Origin: Candidatus Eiseniibacteriota bacterium | Lineage (GTDB): Bacteria > Eisenbacteria > RBG-16-71-46 > JABDJR01 | Length of the DNA stretch: 64,000 nucleotides | Direction: 5' to 3' | Assembly: GCA_963783375.1 (NCBI GenBank) | Contig: CAWANH010000029.1 | Location: forward strand, 1,088,001-1,152,000 | Shown here: positions 40,289 through 53,250 of the stretch, one piece after another | Layout of the letters: each line of letters starts with the position of its first letter | How positions within the stretch are numbered: the first letter of the stretch is position 1 | Position numbers and translations under genes: made by a program | Notes under the pieces: model-generated | Seen by the model: only the letters and a program-made list of their open reading frames with translations | What the model was told of the DNA's origin: nothing | Databases searched by the model: none

Positions 40289-42127
40289 ATGGCTCGAATC
40301 CTCGGCTTGTCCGCCTTCTATCACGACTCCGCCGCCGCCCTGATCGTGGACGGGCGGATCGTCGCGGCCGCCCAGGAGGAGCGCTTCACCCGGAAGAAGC
40401 ATGACCCCGGCTTCCCCACCCGCGCCATCGAGTACTGCCTGGCCGAGGCCGGGCTGACCCCGGGCGACCTCGACTTCGTGGGCTTCTACGACAAGCCGTT
40501 CCTGAAGTTCGATCGCCTCCTGGAGACCTACCTGGCCGGCGCCCCCCGGGGGTTCGGCTCTTTCCTGCGGGCCATGCCGCTCTGGCTGAGACAGAAGCTC
40601 CACCTGCCCCGCGAGATGAGCAAGGGGCTGGGGAAGGAGTTCACAAAGCGCTACGTGTTCACCGAGCACCACCAGGCCCACGCGGCCAGCGCGTTCTTCC
40701 CCTCACCCTTTGAAGAGGCGGCGATCATGACCCTCGACGGGGTCGGGGAATGGGCGACCGCGAGCTACGGGGTGGGGAGGGGAAACCGGGTCCATCTGTC
40801 CCACGAGCTCCGATTCCCCCACTCCCTGGGCCTCCTCTACTCCGCCTTCACCTACTACGCGGGGTTCAAGGTGAACTCCGGCGAGTACAAGCTCATGGGG
40901 CTGGCCCCCTACGGCGAACCGGTCTACGTGGACCTGATCCTCCGGCATCTGCTGGACCTGAAGGAAGACGGGTCTTTTCGCATGGACATGTCCTACTTCA
41001 ACTATTGCCACGGCCTGACCATGACTTCGGAGAAATTTCATCGGCTCTTCGGCGCCCCGCCGCGCCCCCCGGAATCCCCGGTCACCCAACGCGACATGGA
41101 CATCGCCGCCTCCATCCAGAAGGTGACCGAGGAGATCATGCTGCGCATGGCGCGTCACGTGCATGCGGTCACCGGGATGAAGAACCTCTGCCTGGCCGGG
41201 GGGGTGGCCCTCAACTGCGTGGGAAACGGAGCCATTCTCCGCGAGGGGCCGTTCGAAAATATCTGGATCCAGCCGGCGGCCGGGGACGCCGGCGGGGCTC
41301 TCGGGGTCGCGCTGTTCATCTGGCACCATCTCCTGGACCGGCCCCGGACCGCGGACCCCCTGGACAGCCAGCAGGGCTCCCTTCTGGGCCCTCGGTACGG
41401 CAACGAGGAAGTTCAACGCTTCCTGGACGGGGCGGGGGCGAAGTACCTCCGGTACCCGGACGAGGACGCCCTTTGCGACCATGTGGCCGATCAGATCGCC
41501 GGCGGAAAGGTCGTGGGATGGATGCAGGGCCGGATGGAGTTCGGCCCCCGGGCCCTCGGTTGCCGAAGCATCGTCGGAGACGCCCGAAGCGCCGAGATGC
41601 AGACGGTCATGAACGTGAAGATCAAATTCCGGGAGTCCTTCCGGCCGTTCGCTCCCGCGGTGCTCCAGGAGCGGGTCCACGAGATCTTCTCGATCCGCCG
41701 GGAGGAACCGAGCCCCTACATGCTCCTGGTGGCTCCGGTGCGGGAGGAGAAGCGAACCGCACTCGACGGGCGGCGGGACGGCCTTACCGGACTGGACCTC
41801 CTCAGGGTCCGGCGCTCCGAGGTCCCGGCCATCACCCACGTGGACTACTCGGCCCGCATCCAGACCGTCGATCCGCACCGTCACGGCCGTTACTACAAGC
41901 TGATCAAGCGGTTCGAGGAAAAGACCGGGTGCCCGGTGATCATCAACACCAGCTTCAACGTCCGCGGCGAGCCGATCGTCTGCACCCCCGAGGACGCCTA
42001 CCGCTGTTTCATGGCGACGGGCATGGACGTGCTCGTGTTGGAGGATTTCGTTCTGATGAAGGGCGAGCAGCCCGACGCCGGGACCGTGGACCGGCAGGCG
42101 TATCTGGAACAGTTCGCACTCGACTGA
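40289..42127 (+). CDS. O-carbamoyltransferase (CmcH/NodU/SxtI family)
   Basis: YHDSAAAL, QEERFTRKKH, EHHQAHAAS, EYKLMGLAPYG, GGVALNC, EFGPRALG, KFRESFRPFAP and NTSFNVRGEPIV. Confidence 0.95.
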   Translation: MARILGLSAFYHDSAAALIVDGRIVAAAQEERFTRKKHDPGFPTRAIEYCLAEAGLTPGDLDFVGFYDKPFLKFDRLLETYLAGAPRGFGSFLRAMPLWLRQKLHLPREMSKGLGKEFTKRYVFTEHHQAHAASAFFPSPFEEAAIMTLDGVGEWATASYGVGRGNRVHLSHELRFPHSLGLLYSAFTYYAGFKVNSGEYKLMGLAPYGEPVYVDLILRHLLDLKEDGSFRMDMSYFNYCHGLTMTSEKFHRLFGAPPRPPESPVTQRDMDIAASIQKVTEEIMLRMARHVHAVTGMKNLCLAGGVALNCVGNGAILREGPFENIWIQPAAGDAGGALGVALFIWHHLLDRPRTADPLDSQQGSLLGPRYGNEEVQRFLDGAGAKYLRYPDEDALCDHVADQIAGGKVVGWMQGRMEFGPRALGCRSIVGDARSAEMQTVMNVKIKFRESFRPFAPAVLQERVHEIFSIRREEPSPYMLLVAPVREEKRTALDGRRDGLTGLDLLRVRRSEVPAITHVDYSARIQTVDPHRHGRYYKLIKRFEEKTGCPVIINTSFNVRGEPIVCTPEDAYRCFMATGMDVLVLEDFVLMKGEQPDAGTVDRQAYLEQFALD

Positions 42128-42155
42128 ACCGGGGACCCGCTCCGGAGGGAATTCC

Positions 42156-42572
42156 GTGTCGCTGATCGAAGTCAACAGGAACCCGTCCCGAAAGGACCTG
42201 CTCTGGTTCGGCGCCATCCTGGCGCTGTTCGGGGCGGCGCTCGGAGCCGTCTTCTTCCGGCGTTTCCACGCCCCGGAGGCGGGGCGAGCGATCTGGCTGG
42301 CCGGAGCGGCCCTCACCGTGATCTATTTCGCGATCCCCCCGGTTCGCCGGTGGATCTATCTCGGGTGGGTGTACGCGGCCTACCCGATCGGCTGGACGGT
42401 ATCCCACCTGTTGCTGGGCATCGTCTATTACCTGGTGCTCACCCCCATCGGGCTGATCATGCGGATGGCCGGTCGCGACCCGCTCGAACGCCGGTTCGAA
42501 CCGGACCGATCGAGCTACTGGACCGAGCATTCCCCCAGCGAGGATCCATCCCGCTACTTCCGACAGTACTGA
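42156..42572 (+). CDS. SxtJ-family membrane protein
   Basis: DLLWFG, 3 TM, YYLVLTPIGLIMR..GRDPL, SYW and C-terminal RQY; follows the carbamoyltransferase. Confidence 0.82.
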   Translation: MSLIEVNRNPSRKDLLWFGAILALFGAALGAVFFRRFHAPEAGRAIWLAGAALTVIYFAIPPVRRWIYLGWVYAAYPIGWTVSHLLLGIVYYLVLTPIGLIMRMAGRDPLERRFEPDRSSYWTEHSPSEDPSRYFRQY

Positions 42573-42600
42573 GCGCCCACCGGGCGAAGGGTAGAAGCTC

Positions 42601-42819
42601 ATGACCAAATCCAAGCGTCCATCACACAGCCCGGCCGGCGACACCTTTTCCCGCGAGGCGGAGCGTCCCCGTCCGAACTTCCTTGCGGACTTCGCGGGAT
42701 TCCTGCGGCACAACAAGAAATGGTGGATCACCCCCATCATGGTGATGCTGCTCCTGGTGAGCGTCCTGGTCATCCTGGGGGGGACCGGAATCGCCCCCTT
42801 CATCTACACCCTGTTCTAA
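42601..42819 (+). CDS. SxtK/DUF5989-like small membrane protein
   Basis: FLRHNKKWWITP...IAPFIYTLF signature. Confidence 0.85.
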   Translation: MTKSKRPSHSPAGDTFSREAERPRPNFLADFAGFLRHNKKWWITPIMVMLLLVSVLVILGGTGIAPFIYTLF

Positions 42820-42847
42820 GCCACAGCGGGCCCGGCCGCCCGGTCAC

Positions 42848-42879
42848 AAAAAAACGGGCGGACCCGAAGGTCCGCCCGT
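42848..42879 (-). terminator. Rho-independent terminator of pckG
   Basis: Minus strand ACGGGCGGACC-TTCG-GGTCCGCCCGT followed by a T-tract. Confidence 0.88.
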
Positions 42880-42896
42880 CGGCAATCGAATTCCGC

Positions 42897-44714
42897 CTAC
42901 GCCTGATCGAGGCGCTTCTCGAGGGCGGCCAGCTCCTCCCGGAGCCCCGCCGGCAGCTTGTCCCCGAACTTGGCGAAGTGCTCCTTCATGGAGGGGATCT
43001 CCTCCTTCCAGGCCTTCACGTCGACGTTCAGGAGCGCCTTCAGGGTCTCGGGCTTCAGATCCAGCCCCTTGGTGTCCAGAGCCTCGGGCTCGGGGAGGAG
43101 GCCGATCGGCGTTTCCGCCGCCTTGGCCTTCCCGTCGCAACGCTCGAACACCCACTTGAGCACCCGGCTGTTCTCGCCGTAACCGGGCCACATGAACTTC
43201 CCGTCGTCATCCTTCCGGAACCAGTTCACGTAGAAGATCTTGGGAAGCTTGGCCCCGCTCTTGGCCCCGATCTCGAGCCAGTGAGCGAAGTAGTCCCCCA
43301 TGTGGTAGCCGCAGAAGGGCAGCATGGCGAAGGGATCGCGCCGGACCTCGCCGACCTTCCCCGCCGCCGCCGCCGTCTTCTCCGACGACATGATGGAACC
43401 CAGGAACGTGCCGTGCTGCCAGCTCAGGGCCTCGGTCACCAGGGGAATGGTGGTGGCCCGGCGGCCGCCGAACAGGATCGCGCTGATCGGCACCCCCTTG
43501 GGGTCCTCCCATTCGTCGGCGATAACCGGGCATTGCTTGGCCGGAGCGGTGAACCGCGCGTTGGGGTGCGCCGCGGGCCGGCCCACTCCCGGCCGCCACT
43601 GGCGCCGGATCCAGTCGGTGCAGGCGTCGGGCTCCTTGTCCTGCATCTGCTCCCAGTAGATGTCGCCGTCCTTGGTGAGGGCGACGTTGGTGAAGATGCA
43701 GTTGGCATGGAGGGTCTTCATCGCGTTCAGGTTGCTCTTGTTCGAGGTGCCGGGGGCCACCCCGAAGAACCCGGCCTCGGGGTTGATGGCGTAGAGCCGC
43801 CCGTCGTCCCCGAACTTCATCCACGCGATATCGTCGCCGACCGTTTCCGCCTTCCATCCGGGGATGGTGGGAACCAGCATCGCGAGGTTGGTCTTTCCGC
43901 AGGCCGAGGGGAAGGCGCCGGTGACGTACTTCACCTCGCCCTCCGGGCTGGTGAGCTTCAGGATCAGCATGTGCTCGGCCATCCAGCCCTCGTCGCGGGC
44001 CTGGACCGAGGCGATCCTGAGGGCGTGGCACTTCTTTCCCAGGAGCGCGTTTCCGCCGTAGCCGGAGCCGTAGGACCAGATCTCGCGGGTGTCCGGAAAG
44101 TGGGTGATGTACTTGTTGTCGCCGTCGCAGGGCCAGGGAAGATCCGGCTTCTTGGGGTCGTTCAGCGGGTATCCCACCGAGTGCACCCCGCGCACGAAGT
44201 CGTCGCTCTCCCCGAGCACCTCGAGCACCTTCGTCCCCACCCGGGTCATGGTGTGCATGTTGGCCACCACGTAGGGGGAGTCGGTGACCATGATCCCGAT
44301 CTTGGCGATCGGCGAGCCCACCGGGCCCATGGAGTAGGGAATCACGAACATGGTCCGGCCGGCCATCGAGCCATCGTAGAACTTCTTGAGCGTCCCCTTC
44401 ATCTCTTTCGGGTCCGCCCAGTTGTTGGTGGGGCCGGCATCGTCCTTCTTCAGCGCGCAGATGTACGTCCGGTCCTCGACCCGGGCCACATCCGCGGGGT
44501 CGGAGCGGACCAGAACGCTGTTCTTCCGCTTGTCGGGGTTCAGCCACACGGCGGTTCCGGTCTCCACCATGAGCTGCAGCATTTCCTGGTATTCCTTGTT
44601 CGAACCGTCGCACCAGCGAACCGACTCCGGCTTGAGCATGGTCTTCATGTCATCGACCCAGGCCAGGAGCTTCTCATTGCTGGTGGGCGCGGTGACGGAT
44701 TCCAGTGTTCCCAT
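42897..44714 (-). CDS. pckG: Phosphoenolpyruvate carboxykinase (GTP)
   Basis: [46 protein letters not shown] and [11 protein letters not shown]. Confidence 0.96.
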   Translation of the reverse strand: MGTLESVTAPTSNEKLLAWVDDMKTMLKPESVRWCDGSNKEYQEMLQLMVETGTAVWLNPDKRKNSVLVRSDPADVARVEDRTYICALKKDDAGPTNNWADPKEMKGTLKKFYDGSMAGRTMFVIPYSMGPVGSPIAKIGIMVTDSPYVVANMHTMTRVGTKVLEVLGESDDFVRGVHSVGYPLNDPKKPDLPWPCDGDNKYITHFPDTREIWSYGSGYGGNALLGKKCHALRIASVQARDEGWMAEHMLILKLTSPEGEVKYVTGAFPSACGKTNLAMLVPTIPGWKAETVGDDIAWMKFGDDGRLYAINPEAGFFGVAPGTSNKSNLNAMKTLHANCIFTNVALTKDGDIYWEQMQDKEPDACTDWIRRQWRPGVGRPAAHPNARFTAPAKQCPVIADEWEDPKGVPISAILFGGRRATTIPLVTEALSWQHGTFLGSIMSSEKTAAAAGKVGEVRRDPFAMLPFCGYHMGDYFAHWLEIGAKSGAKLPKIFYVNWFRKDDDGKFMWPGYGENSRVLKWVFERCDGKAKAAETPIGLLPEPEALDTKGLDLKPETLKALLNVDVKAWKEEIPSMKEHFAKFGDKLPAGLREELAALEKRLDQA

Positions 44715-45075
44715 GGCTTCTCCCCTCATTCCCGTGGATATGCCCCGCTTTGAACTTTCAAAAGATGTTCCGCAAACGCGGGCAATGTGCTGTAACTCGC
44801 TAAACGCTACACGGATGGTAGGGGTTTTGCAAACCGGGACACGCCCCGTCCCGATCCGGTCCCGGTGTCCGCCGGTCCGAGGCCCCGGTTCCCGCGCACG
44901 CCTCCCGCTCCCCGAAACGCCATCCCACGGCACCGCAAGCGTCAACCGCGTCGATCCGCTCCCCCCACGGAAACGGCGGCCCCGAAGGACCGCCGTTCCG
45001 TCGACCGGATGTAGAAGCCAATTCCAGATTTTCTATCGTTCGCCCGCGACCGGGAACACTCGAATTCCGGATGGA

Positions 45076-46638
45076 TCAGGCCGCCGCCTTTTCGTGGCGC
45101 TGCACCACCCGGTTCAGCGGCTTCGACATCGCCCACATCGCGATCCCCGCGGTCACCCCCAGGAGGGTGAGCATGAAGAAGAACGAGGTGCGCGGCATCC
45201 TGGTCCAGAACGTGCCGAGGAAACCGGACAGGTAGTTCCCGAAGAAGCTGGACAGGAACCAGACGCCCATCATCATGGAGACGATGCGGGCCGGAGCGAC
45301 CTTGGTGACCAGGGACAACCCGATGGGAGAGAGGAACAGCTCGCCGATGGTGAGGACGAAGGTCGTGCCCACCAGCCACATCACGTTCCGGAGCTGGTCC
45401 GGATTCATCCCCTGGGAGGCCACGATCATGATGATGAACGAGCCGCCGAGAAGGAAGCACCCGATGGCCATCTTGACCACGCTCGAGGGCTCCCGGTCGC
45501 GCTTGTTCTGCCAGGCCCAGAGTTGGTTCAGGATGGGGGCGAAGATGAAGATCATGAAGGGGTTGAATGCCTGATACCAGGTGGAGGGGATATGCATCCC
45601 CAGGAAGTTCCAGTTGGTGTTCTGGTCCGCCCAGAGCTGCATCGTGTTCCCCTGCTGCTCGTAGACCGCCCAGAACACGATGTTGAGGGCGCAGAGCACG
45701 ATCAGGGCGCCCACCCGAAGCGCATCGTCGCGGGGTAGGGAGAGCAACCATCGGGAGATCAGGAATACCAGGATCCCCAGGGCGCCCAGGAGGAGAGCGA
45801 GGCGAACCAAGCCGGGCACGAAGGACAGGAGCGTGGGGAGCGCGATCAGGAGCACCAGGATTCCGACCACGATGCCGACGATGTAGAGGCTGATGAATCC
45901 GGTCGACCTCACTGGATTTGACTTGGTCGTGGATGGCTCCGGAGCGAGGTAGCGCTGGCCGTACAGATAGAGGAACAACCCGAGGACCATGCCGACCCCC
46001 GCGGCTCCGAATCCCCAGTGCCAGCCGACCGTCTGGCCCAGGGTCCCGCAGATCAGGGGCGAACCGAAGGCCCCGAGATTGATGCCCATGTAGAAGATGG
46101 TGAAGGCGCGGTCGCGACGGGAGTCGCCCTTGGGATAGAGGCCGCCGACCTGGGTCGAGATGTTGGGCTTGAAGGCGCCGTTCCCCAGGATGAGGAAGAT
46201 GAGGGCGGGGAAGAACATGCTCTGGACGGCCATGAGGAAGTGGCCGATGGCCATGAGCACCGCTCCCAGGATCACCGCTTTCTTCTGGCCGAGGATCTTG
46301 TCGGCCAGAAGCCCCCCGAAGAACGGGGTGAGGTATACAAAGGCGGTGTAGAGGCCGTAGATCTGCGACGACAGAGGCTGGATGCCCAGGGGGCCGAACA
46401 TATGCTCCAAACCGCCCCGGAGCGCGTTGAATCCGAGCACCTCCCGCCCCACGTCGGGCTTCAGGAACAGGAAGTTCACCATGTACAGCACCAGAAGGGA
46501 GCGCATGCCGTAGTAGGAGAAGCGCTCCCACATCTCGGTGAAGAAGAGAAAGAACAGCCCGATCGGATGCCCCAGGAAAGTGCGGGTGCTCTTGGGCCCG
46601 ATGAAGTCGGGATCCGAGGCGGTAAGGGAAGGTGTCAC
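45076..46638 (-). CDS. POT/PTR family proton-dependent oligopeptide transporter
   Basis: EMWERFSYYGMR, FKPNIST, FYMGINLG and GELFLSPIG. Confidence 0.94.
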   Translation of the reverse strand: MTPSLTASDPDFIGPKSTRTFLGHPIGLFFLFFTEMWERFSYYGMRSLLVLYMVNFLFLKPDVGREVLGFNALRGGLEHMFGPLGIQPLSSQIYGLYTAFVYLTPFFGGLLADKILGQKKAVILGAVLMAIGHFLMAVQSMFFPALIFLILGNGAFKPNISTQVGGLYPKGDSRRDRAFTIFYMGINLGAFGSPLICGTLGQTVGWHWGFGAAGVGMVLGLFLYLYGQRYLAPEPSTTKSNPVRSTGFISLYIVGIVVGILVLLIALPTLLSFVPGLVRLALLLGALGILVFLISRWLLSLPRDDALRVGALIVLCALNIVFWAVYEQQGNTMQLWADQNTNWNFLGMHIPSTWYQAFNPFMIFIFAPILNQLWAWQNKRDREPSSVVKMAIGCFLLGGSFIIMIVASQGMNPDQLRNVMWLVGTTFVLTIGELFLSPIGLSLVTKVAPARIVSMMMGVWFLSSFFGNYLSGFLGTFWTRMPRTSFFFMLTLLGVTAGIAMWAMSKPLNRVVQRHEKAAA

Positions 46639-46854
46639 GGTTCAACTCCAAGCAGTTTTGAGATCTCGGCTGAATCGGAGACGCGCCGGGGCATTGTAGC
46701 GGGGGCGGCGATTCCCTTCACCTCCCAATTTGACCCCGGCCGCGGCCCCCGGGACCGCGGCCGGACATCGTTCAGGGGGCGCCGGAGGGTGTTTCCCGGG
46801 CCCTCCGGTCGCCGTGAGGCCGGAGGTCACGGCCCTCCGTCCCCATGGACCCGG

Positions 46855-48903
<2,049 letters not shown>

Positions 48904-49262
48904 ATACCTCCCGACGAACGTGGATACGGTGCCGGGTGGCCGGGCGGGCGGCCCGGGAATGGATCCCGGCCCCTACCGAAGGGGGACCGGTTCACGCACC
49001 CGGGACTGAGGGGGGACGCCGGCCGGTTCGGAACGAGGCTGCGCGCACCCTTCGCGCGGCGATCGCCCGGCCCCGACCGGGCGGGGCGCCGGCAGTATAG
49101 GACAAAACCGGAGCGGCGACCAGCGCACCGGCACCCCGGCCGCTACCCCGGGCCCCGGGCTATACTCGTCCCGGAGGGGGCCCCGTTCCCCCCGATCGAT
49201 CCGGTCCGGCGGTTCGAACCGCCGCCGCCTCGCCACCCCCGCCGGCCGCCGAGGAGATCACG

Positions 49263-50051
49263 ATGAGCGAAGTCACGGAATACGCCCCGGGAATCTTTTG
49301 TTGGATGGAGCTGGCCACCACCGAACCGGGGGCGGCCAAGGAATTCTACGGAAGTCTGCTCGGGTGGACCCCCGAGGATCTCCCGGTCGGACCGGACATG
49401 GTCTACAGCATGCTCCGGCTCCGGGGAAGGGACATCGGCGCCCTCTACGGGATGCCGGCGGCGATGACCGCCCAGGGGATTCCGCCTCACTGGCTGTCCT
49501 ACGTCTCGGTGGCCGACGTCGACAAGGCCTCGGAGAAGGCGCGCGCCCTGGGCGGCAAGGTGGTCCGGGATCCCATGGACGTGATGGACGTCGGGCGTAT
49601 GAGCGTGATCGCCGACCCCCGCGGGGCGGTCCTTGCCCTGTGGGAGGCCCGGAACCACCACGGAGCGGGGCTCGTGAACGAGCCGGGGGCGCTCTGCTGG
49701 AACGAGAACCTGACCGACGATCCCGATGCGGCCGCGGCCTTCTACTCCGGACTCTTCGGCTGGGTCGGCGAAACCCAGGAGACGGAGACCGCGCCGTACA
49801 CCACGTTCACGAACGGAGGGCGACCGGTCGCCGGCATGATGCGGATCCAGGAGGAGTGGGGACCGGTTCCCCCCAACTGGCTCCCCTACTTCGCGGTGGC
49901 GGACTGCGACGGGGACGTGAAGCGGGCGCGCGCCATGGGAGCCCGGGTGCTGGTCGGCCCGCTGGACATCCCCCGGGTGGGCCGGTTCGCCTCGTTCCAG
50001 GACCCCCAGGGGGCGACCTTCTCCATCATCAAGCTGGAGATGGCTCCCTAG
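49263..50051 (+). CDS. VOC/glyoxalase family protein (tandem domain)
   Basis: Two repeats of W.E..T...A..FY..L.GW...WL.Y..V.D...GR....DP.GA. Confidence 0.9.
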   Translation: MSEVTEYAPGIFCWMELATTEPGAAKEFYGSLLGWTPEDLPVGPDMVYSMLRLRGRDIGALYGMPAAMTAQGIPPHWLSYVSVADVDKASEKARALGGKVVRDPMDVMDVGRMSVIADPRGAVLALWEARNHHGAGLVNEPGALCWNENLTDDPDAAAAFYSGLFGWVGETQETETAPYTTFTNGGRPVAGMMRIQEEWGPVPPNWLPYFAVADCDGDVKRARAMGARVLVGPLDIPRVGRFASFQDPQGATFSIIKLEMAP

Positions 50052-50108
50052 AGCCGCGACCGATCCGCCGCGGCAGCGGGCTTCGCGGCGCCACTATTGA
50101 GCGCCGCG

Positions 50109-51524
50109 CTAGCGACCGGCCTCCCGGGCGTGGTCGGCCAGGATACCGGACACGCAGGCGGTCAACCGTTTTGCGGCCTCGATGTGCAGGAACTCGTTCG
50201 GCGCGTGGGCGTTGGAAGACGGTCCCAACAGACCGGTGATCACGAACTGCGCCTTCGGAAACCGCGCGCCCAGGAATCCCATGAAGGGGATCGAGCCCCC
50301 CTCCCCCATCACGCAGGGGGGCTTCCCGAAGTAGGCCTCCGAGGCCTCGGCGATGCTCTTCTCGAGCCAGGGGGCCAGCGTGGGGGCGGCCCAGCCGTCC
50401 CCCGGTCCCTCGACCTCGAAATCGACCCGGGCTCCATAGGGCGGATCGGCCTCCAGGGTGCGTTTCACGGTCTCAGCCGCCCGCACCGAATCCACCCCCG
50501 GGGGAATCCGAAGCGAGAGCTTGAGCGCGGTGGCGGCGCGGATCACGTTCCCCCCGTCGGCCAGGGGCGGGAGCCCCTCCGCTCCCGTCACGGCCAGGGC
50601 GGGGCGCCAGGAATTATTGAGCACCAGTTCGGCGAGGTCCCCGGTGAGGGGACGCATCCCGGGGACCATCCCCATGTCCTCGTGGATCTTCGGTCCCAGC
50701 ACCCGCGCCACCTCTTCGGCCTGGGCCCGTCGGTCGGGGGGGATCTCGACCTGGAAGTCCCCGATCAGGATCTCCCCGGTCGCCTCGTCCTCGATCCGGC
50801 TCAGCAGGGTGCGGGCGATGCGGAAGCTCGAGGGGACGATGCCGCCGGCCGTCCCGGAGTGGACCGCCTCCTTCAGAACCTCCACCCGAAGGTTCCCCAC
50901 GACGATTCCCCGCAGCGACGCGGTGAGCCAGAGACGCTCGTAGTCGCCCGCACCGGAGTCGAGGCAGACGATCAGATCCACCTGGCCGATCCGGGAGGCC
51001 AGGTGATCGACGTAGGACGGCAGGTCCGGACTACCGCTTTCCTCGGTGGCCTCGATCAGGACCACGCACCGCGCGTGGGACGCCGCCTGCTCCCGAAGCG
51101 CCTTGATCGCGGTGATCGAGGCGAACGCGGCGTAGCCGTCGTCCGCGCCCCCCCGCCCGTACAGCTTTCCGTCCTTCACCACCGGGGTCCAGGGGCCGAG
51201 ACCGTCGCGCCACCCGGTCATCGGCGGCTGCTTGTCCATGTGACCGTAGAGGAGGACCGTGCCCGTCCCGGTTCCCGGCGCCTCCATGTAGAGGAGCGGC
51301 GATCTCCCGGGAAGCCGTACGATCTCCGTGGTGAGACCCTCGATCCCCTGCTCCCGGCACCAGCCCTCGATCAGGCGCATGGCCTTTTCGATGTGCCCGT
51401 TCTTCTCCCAATCCCGATCGAACATCGGAGAGAGGGCGGGAATCGCGATGTAGGTCTCGAGGGCGGGTATGATGCTCTCTTCCCAGGTGCGGTCCACGAA
51501 TGCTTTCGTCTTGGCGGAGTCCAT
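50109..51524 (-). CDS. M20 family metallopeptidase/dipeptidase
   Basis: YGHMDKQP, LYGRGGADDG, EATEESGS, GEGGSIP and NAHAPNE. Confidence 0.92.
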   Translation of the reverse strand: MDSAKTKAFVDRTWEESIIPALETYIAIPALSPMFDRDWEKNGHIEKAMRLIEGWCREQGIEGLTTEIVRLPGRSPLLYMEAPGTGTGTVLLYGHMDKQPPMTGWRDGLGPWTPVVKDGKLYGRGGADDGYAAFASITAIKALREQAASHARCVVLIEATEESGSPDLPSYVDHLASRIGQVDLIVCLDSGAGDYERLWLTASLRGIVVGNLRVEVLKEAVHSGTAGGIVPSSFRIARTLLSRIEDEATGEILIGDFQVEIPPDRRAQAEEVARVLGPKIHEDMGMVPGMRPLTGDLAELVLNNSWRPALAVTGAEGLPPLADGGNVIRAATALKLSLRIPPGVDSVRAAETVKRTLEADPPYGARVDFEVEGPGDGWAAPTLAPWLEKSIAEASEAYFGKPPCVMGEGGSIPFMGFLGARFPKAQFVITGLLGPSSNAHAPNEFLHIEAAKRLTACVSGILADHAREAGR

Positions 51525-51795
51525 GGTGCGGCGGTTCCTCCTTCTGCTCCTGGCGCCCCGCACGGGGCGGCCGGGGTGGGCTCCGGGACGTCCGGGGCGC
51601 CGAGCCGGCCGGATAACTCTTCCAGAAGTCGATGGCGGTGTCCACGCCCGCTTCACCGCCGGCCCCTTCCGCCACCCACGGCACGGACCTTTCCACCCTC
51701 TTCACCTCGCCGGTGTGGCAGAATTCCGACCGTTGGATTCGCGCCGCGCCGGCCGAGCCCCCCGGCCCCCGACCCCTCTGCCCGATGGAGACGTC

Positions 51796-52704
51796 GTGAC
51801 CACGGATCGAGAGCGTTGGCAAAAACTCGATTCCGGGGACCGGTTCCCCGATCGGAGCGACTACGTGCGGCCGCTGGCCCTTCTCCTGGTGCGCGCCATC
51901 CGCTCCACTCCGATCCGGAGCCTGCACTTGACCTGGGCCTTCATCGCCGCGGGTGCGGCGGCCGGGGTGCTGATCGGGGCGGGGACCCCCACGTCGCTGG
52001 CCGTTGCGGCGGTGCTGCTCCAGATCAAGAATCTCCTCGACGCGATGGACGGCTCCCTGGCCCGGGCCCAGAATCGCCCCTCGCAGACCGGACGCTTCCT
52101 GGATTCGGTGGGTGACGCGTTCGTCCACGCCGTGGTGTTCGCGGGCATCGCGTGGGCCGCCGCCCCGCGGCTCGGACATGCCGTGGTCTGGCCGCTGGCC
52201 CTCGCCGCCCTGGTCTCCGCCCTCCTCCAGGGCTCGTACTACAGCTTTCACACCGTGGCCTGGCGGACGCTACGCCGCGGGAACATCGTGAGCCGGATCG
52301 ACGAGCGGTCCCGCCCGCGGGACGGGGGGTTCTTCCTGGTCGTCCTCCACCGGCTTTACCTCGCGATCTATGGATGGCAGGACCGGTGGGTCCAGGCCCG
52401 GGTGGGCCGGGCGCTCGGGGATCCCGGGGCGGTGCGCACCCCGGCCGGCTTGGCCCGCATGGCCGACGGCCCGCTCTTCGCAAGGTCCCACCTCACCCGG
52501 GTCTCCATGCTGGGATTGGGGGTCCAGCTCCTCGTTCTCACCCTGGCCGCCGGCGCCGCCGCCGCCATCGGTTCGTCCGTTCCCCTGGCCGCCGCGCTGG
52601 CCGTCTTCCTGGTGGCGGGGAACGCGTATCTCGTTCTTGACCTCGTCTCCATCCGTCGGAGTGCGCTTCGGACCCGGGGAGCGGGCCCGGCCAAGGCGGG
52701 GTGA
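51796..52704 (+). CDS. CDP-alcohol phosphatidyltransferase family protein
   Basis: LDAMDGSLARAQNRPSQTGRFLDSVGD signature; GGAG RBS before GTG. Confidence 0.85.
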   Translation: MTTDRERWQKLDSGDRFPDRSDYVRPLALLLVRAIRSTPIRSLHLTWAFIAAGAAAGVLIGAGTPTSLAVAAVLLQIKNLLDAMDGSLARAQNRPSQTGRFLDSVGDAFVHAVVFAGIAWAAAPRLGHAVVWPLALAALVSALLQGSYYSFHTVAWRTLRRGNIVSRIDERSRPRDGGFFLVVLHRLYLAIYGWQDRWVQARVGRALGDPGAVRTPAGLARMADGPLFARSHLTRVSMLGLGVQLLVLTLAAGAAAAIGSSVPLAAALAVFLVAGNAYLVLDLVSIRRSALRTRGAGPAKAG

Positions 52705-52824
52705 TTCCCGCACCCTGGGCGGCTCGATTCCGATACAATAACAGGCGGGACGGATATGGAAATCCAGCGATTTCACCGGCCCGCCCGCACCATGGATTCG
52801 CACCAGAGCGAGGGGGAACACCTC

Positions 52825-53220
52825 ATGAGATCCGCACCGATCCTCGTATTGGCCGCCTGCCTGATTCCGGTCCTGGGTCTTTCCGCAGCGGAGGGGGCGG
52901 ACCCCCCGACCCGGACCGCCCTGACGTCCCCGGCGCCGGCCGCCGGACCCGCCGAGGCCTCGGGCATGGCCCTTCAACCCGTCCTATCCGGCCTCTTCGT
53001 CCCCATCCGCCGCTGCAACGACTGCCAGGCCGTGCGCACCGCCCGCTGGATCCGTTCGCTTTCCGGCGACCGGGCCCGGGTGTACGGCGAGGCGGGGTTC
53101 CCGGTCTATCGCTATCGCGAGGATGCCTTCGGTCAGGTGGTCGAGTACTGGACCTATCCGGAGCGCCACCGGACCTACGTCTTCGCCGGCAACCGGCTGC
53201 TACGCAGCCAGTCCTTCTGA
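52825..53220 (+). CDS. Small exported hypothetical protein with CxxC
   Basis: Hydrophobic N-terminus, RCNDCQ, and C-terminal EYWTYP..TYVF.GN.L. Confidence 0.6.
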   Translation: MRSAPILVLAACLIPVLGLSAAEGADPPTRTALTSPAPAAGPAEASGMALQPVLSGLFVPIRRCNDCQAVRTARWIRSLSGDRARVYGEAGFPVYRYREDAFGQVVEYWTYPERHRTYVFAGNRLLRSQSF

Positions 53221-53250
53221 CCGGGTCCCCCATCCGGCGCCGGCGGCCGG

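Noticed and set aside
40289-42819. Saxitoxin biosynthesis cluster
   Set aside because: Only sxtI/J/K-like genes are present; sxtA, sxtG and the other core genes are absent from the window.
44791-44811. Imperfect palindrome TGTAAC-N9-GCTACA upstream of pckG as a regulator site
   Set aside because: Single imperfect instance with no recognisable consensus; not supportable.
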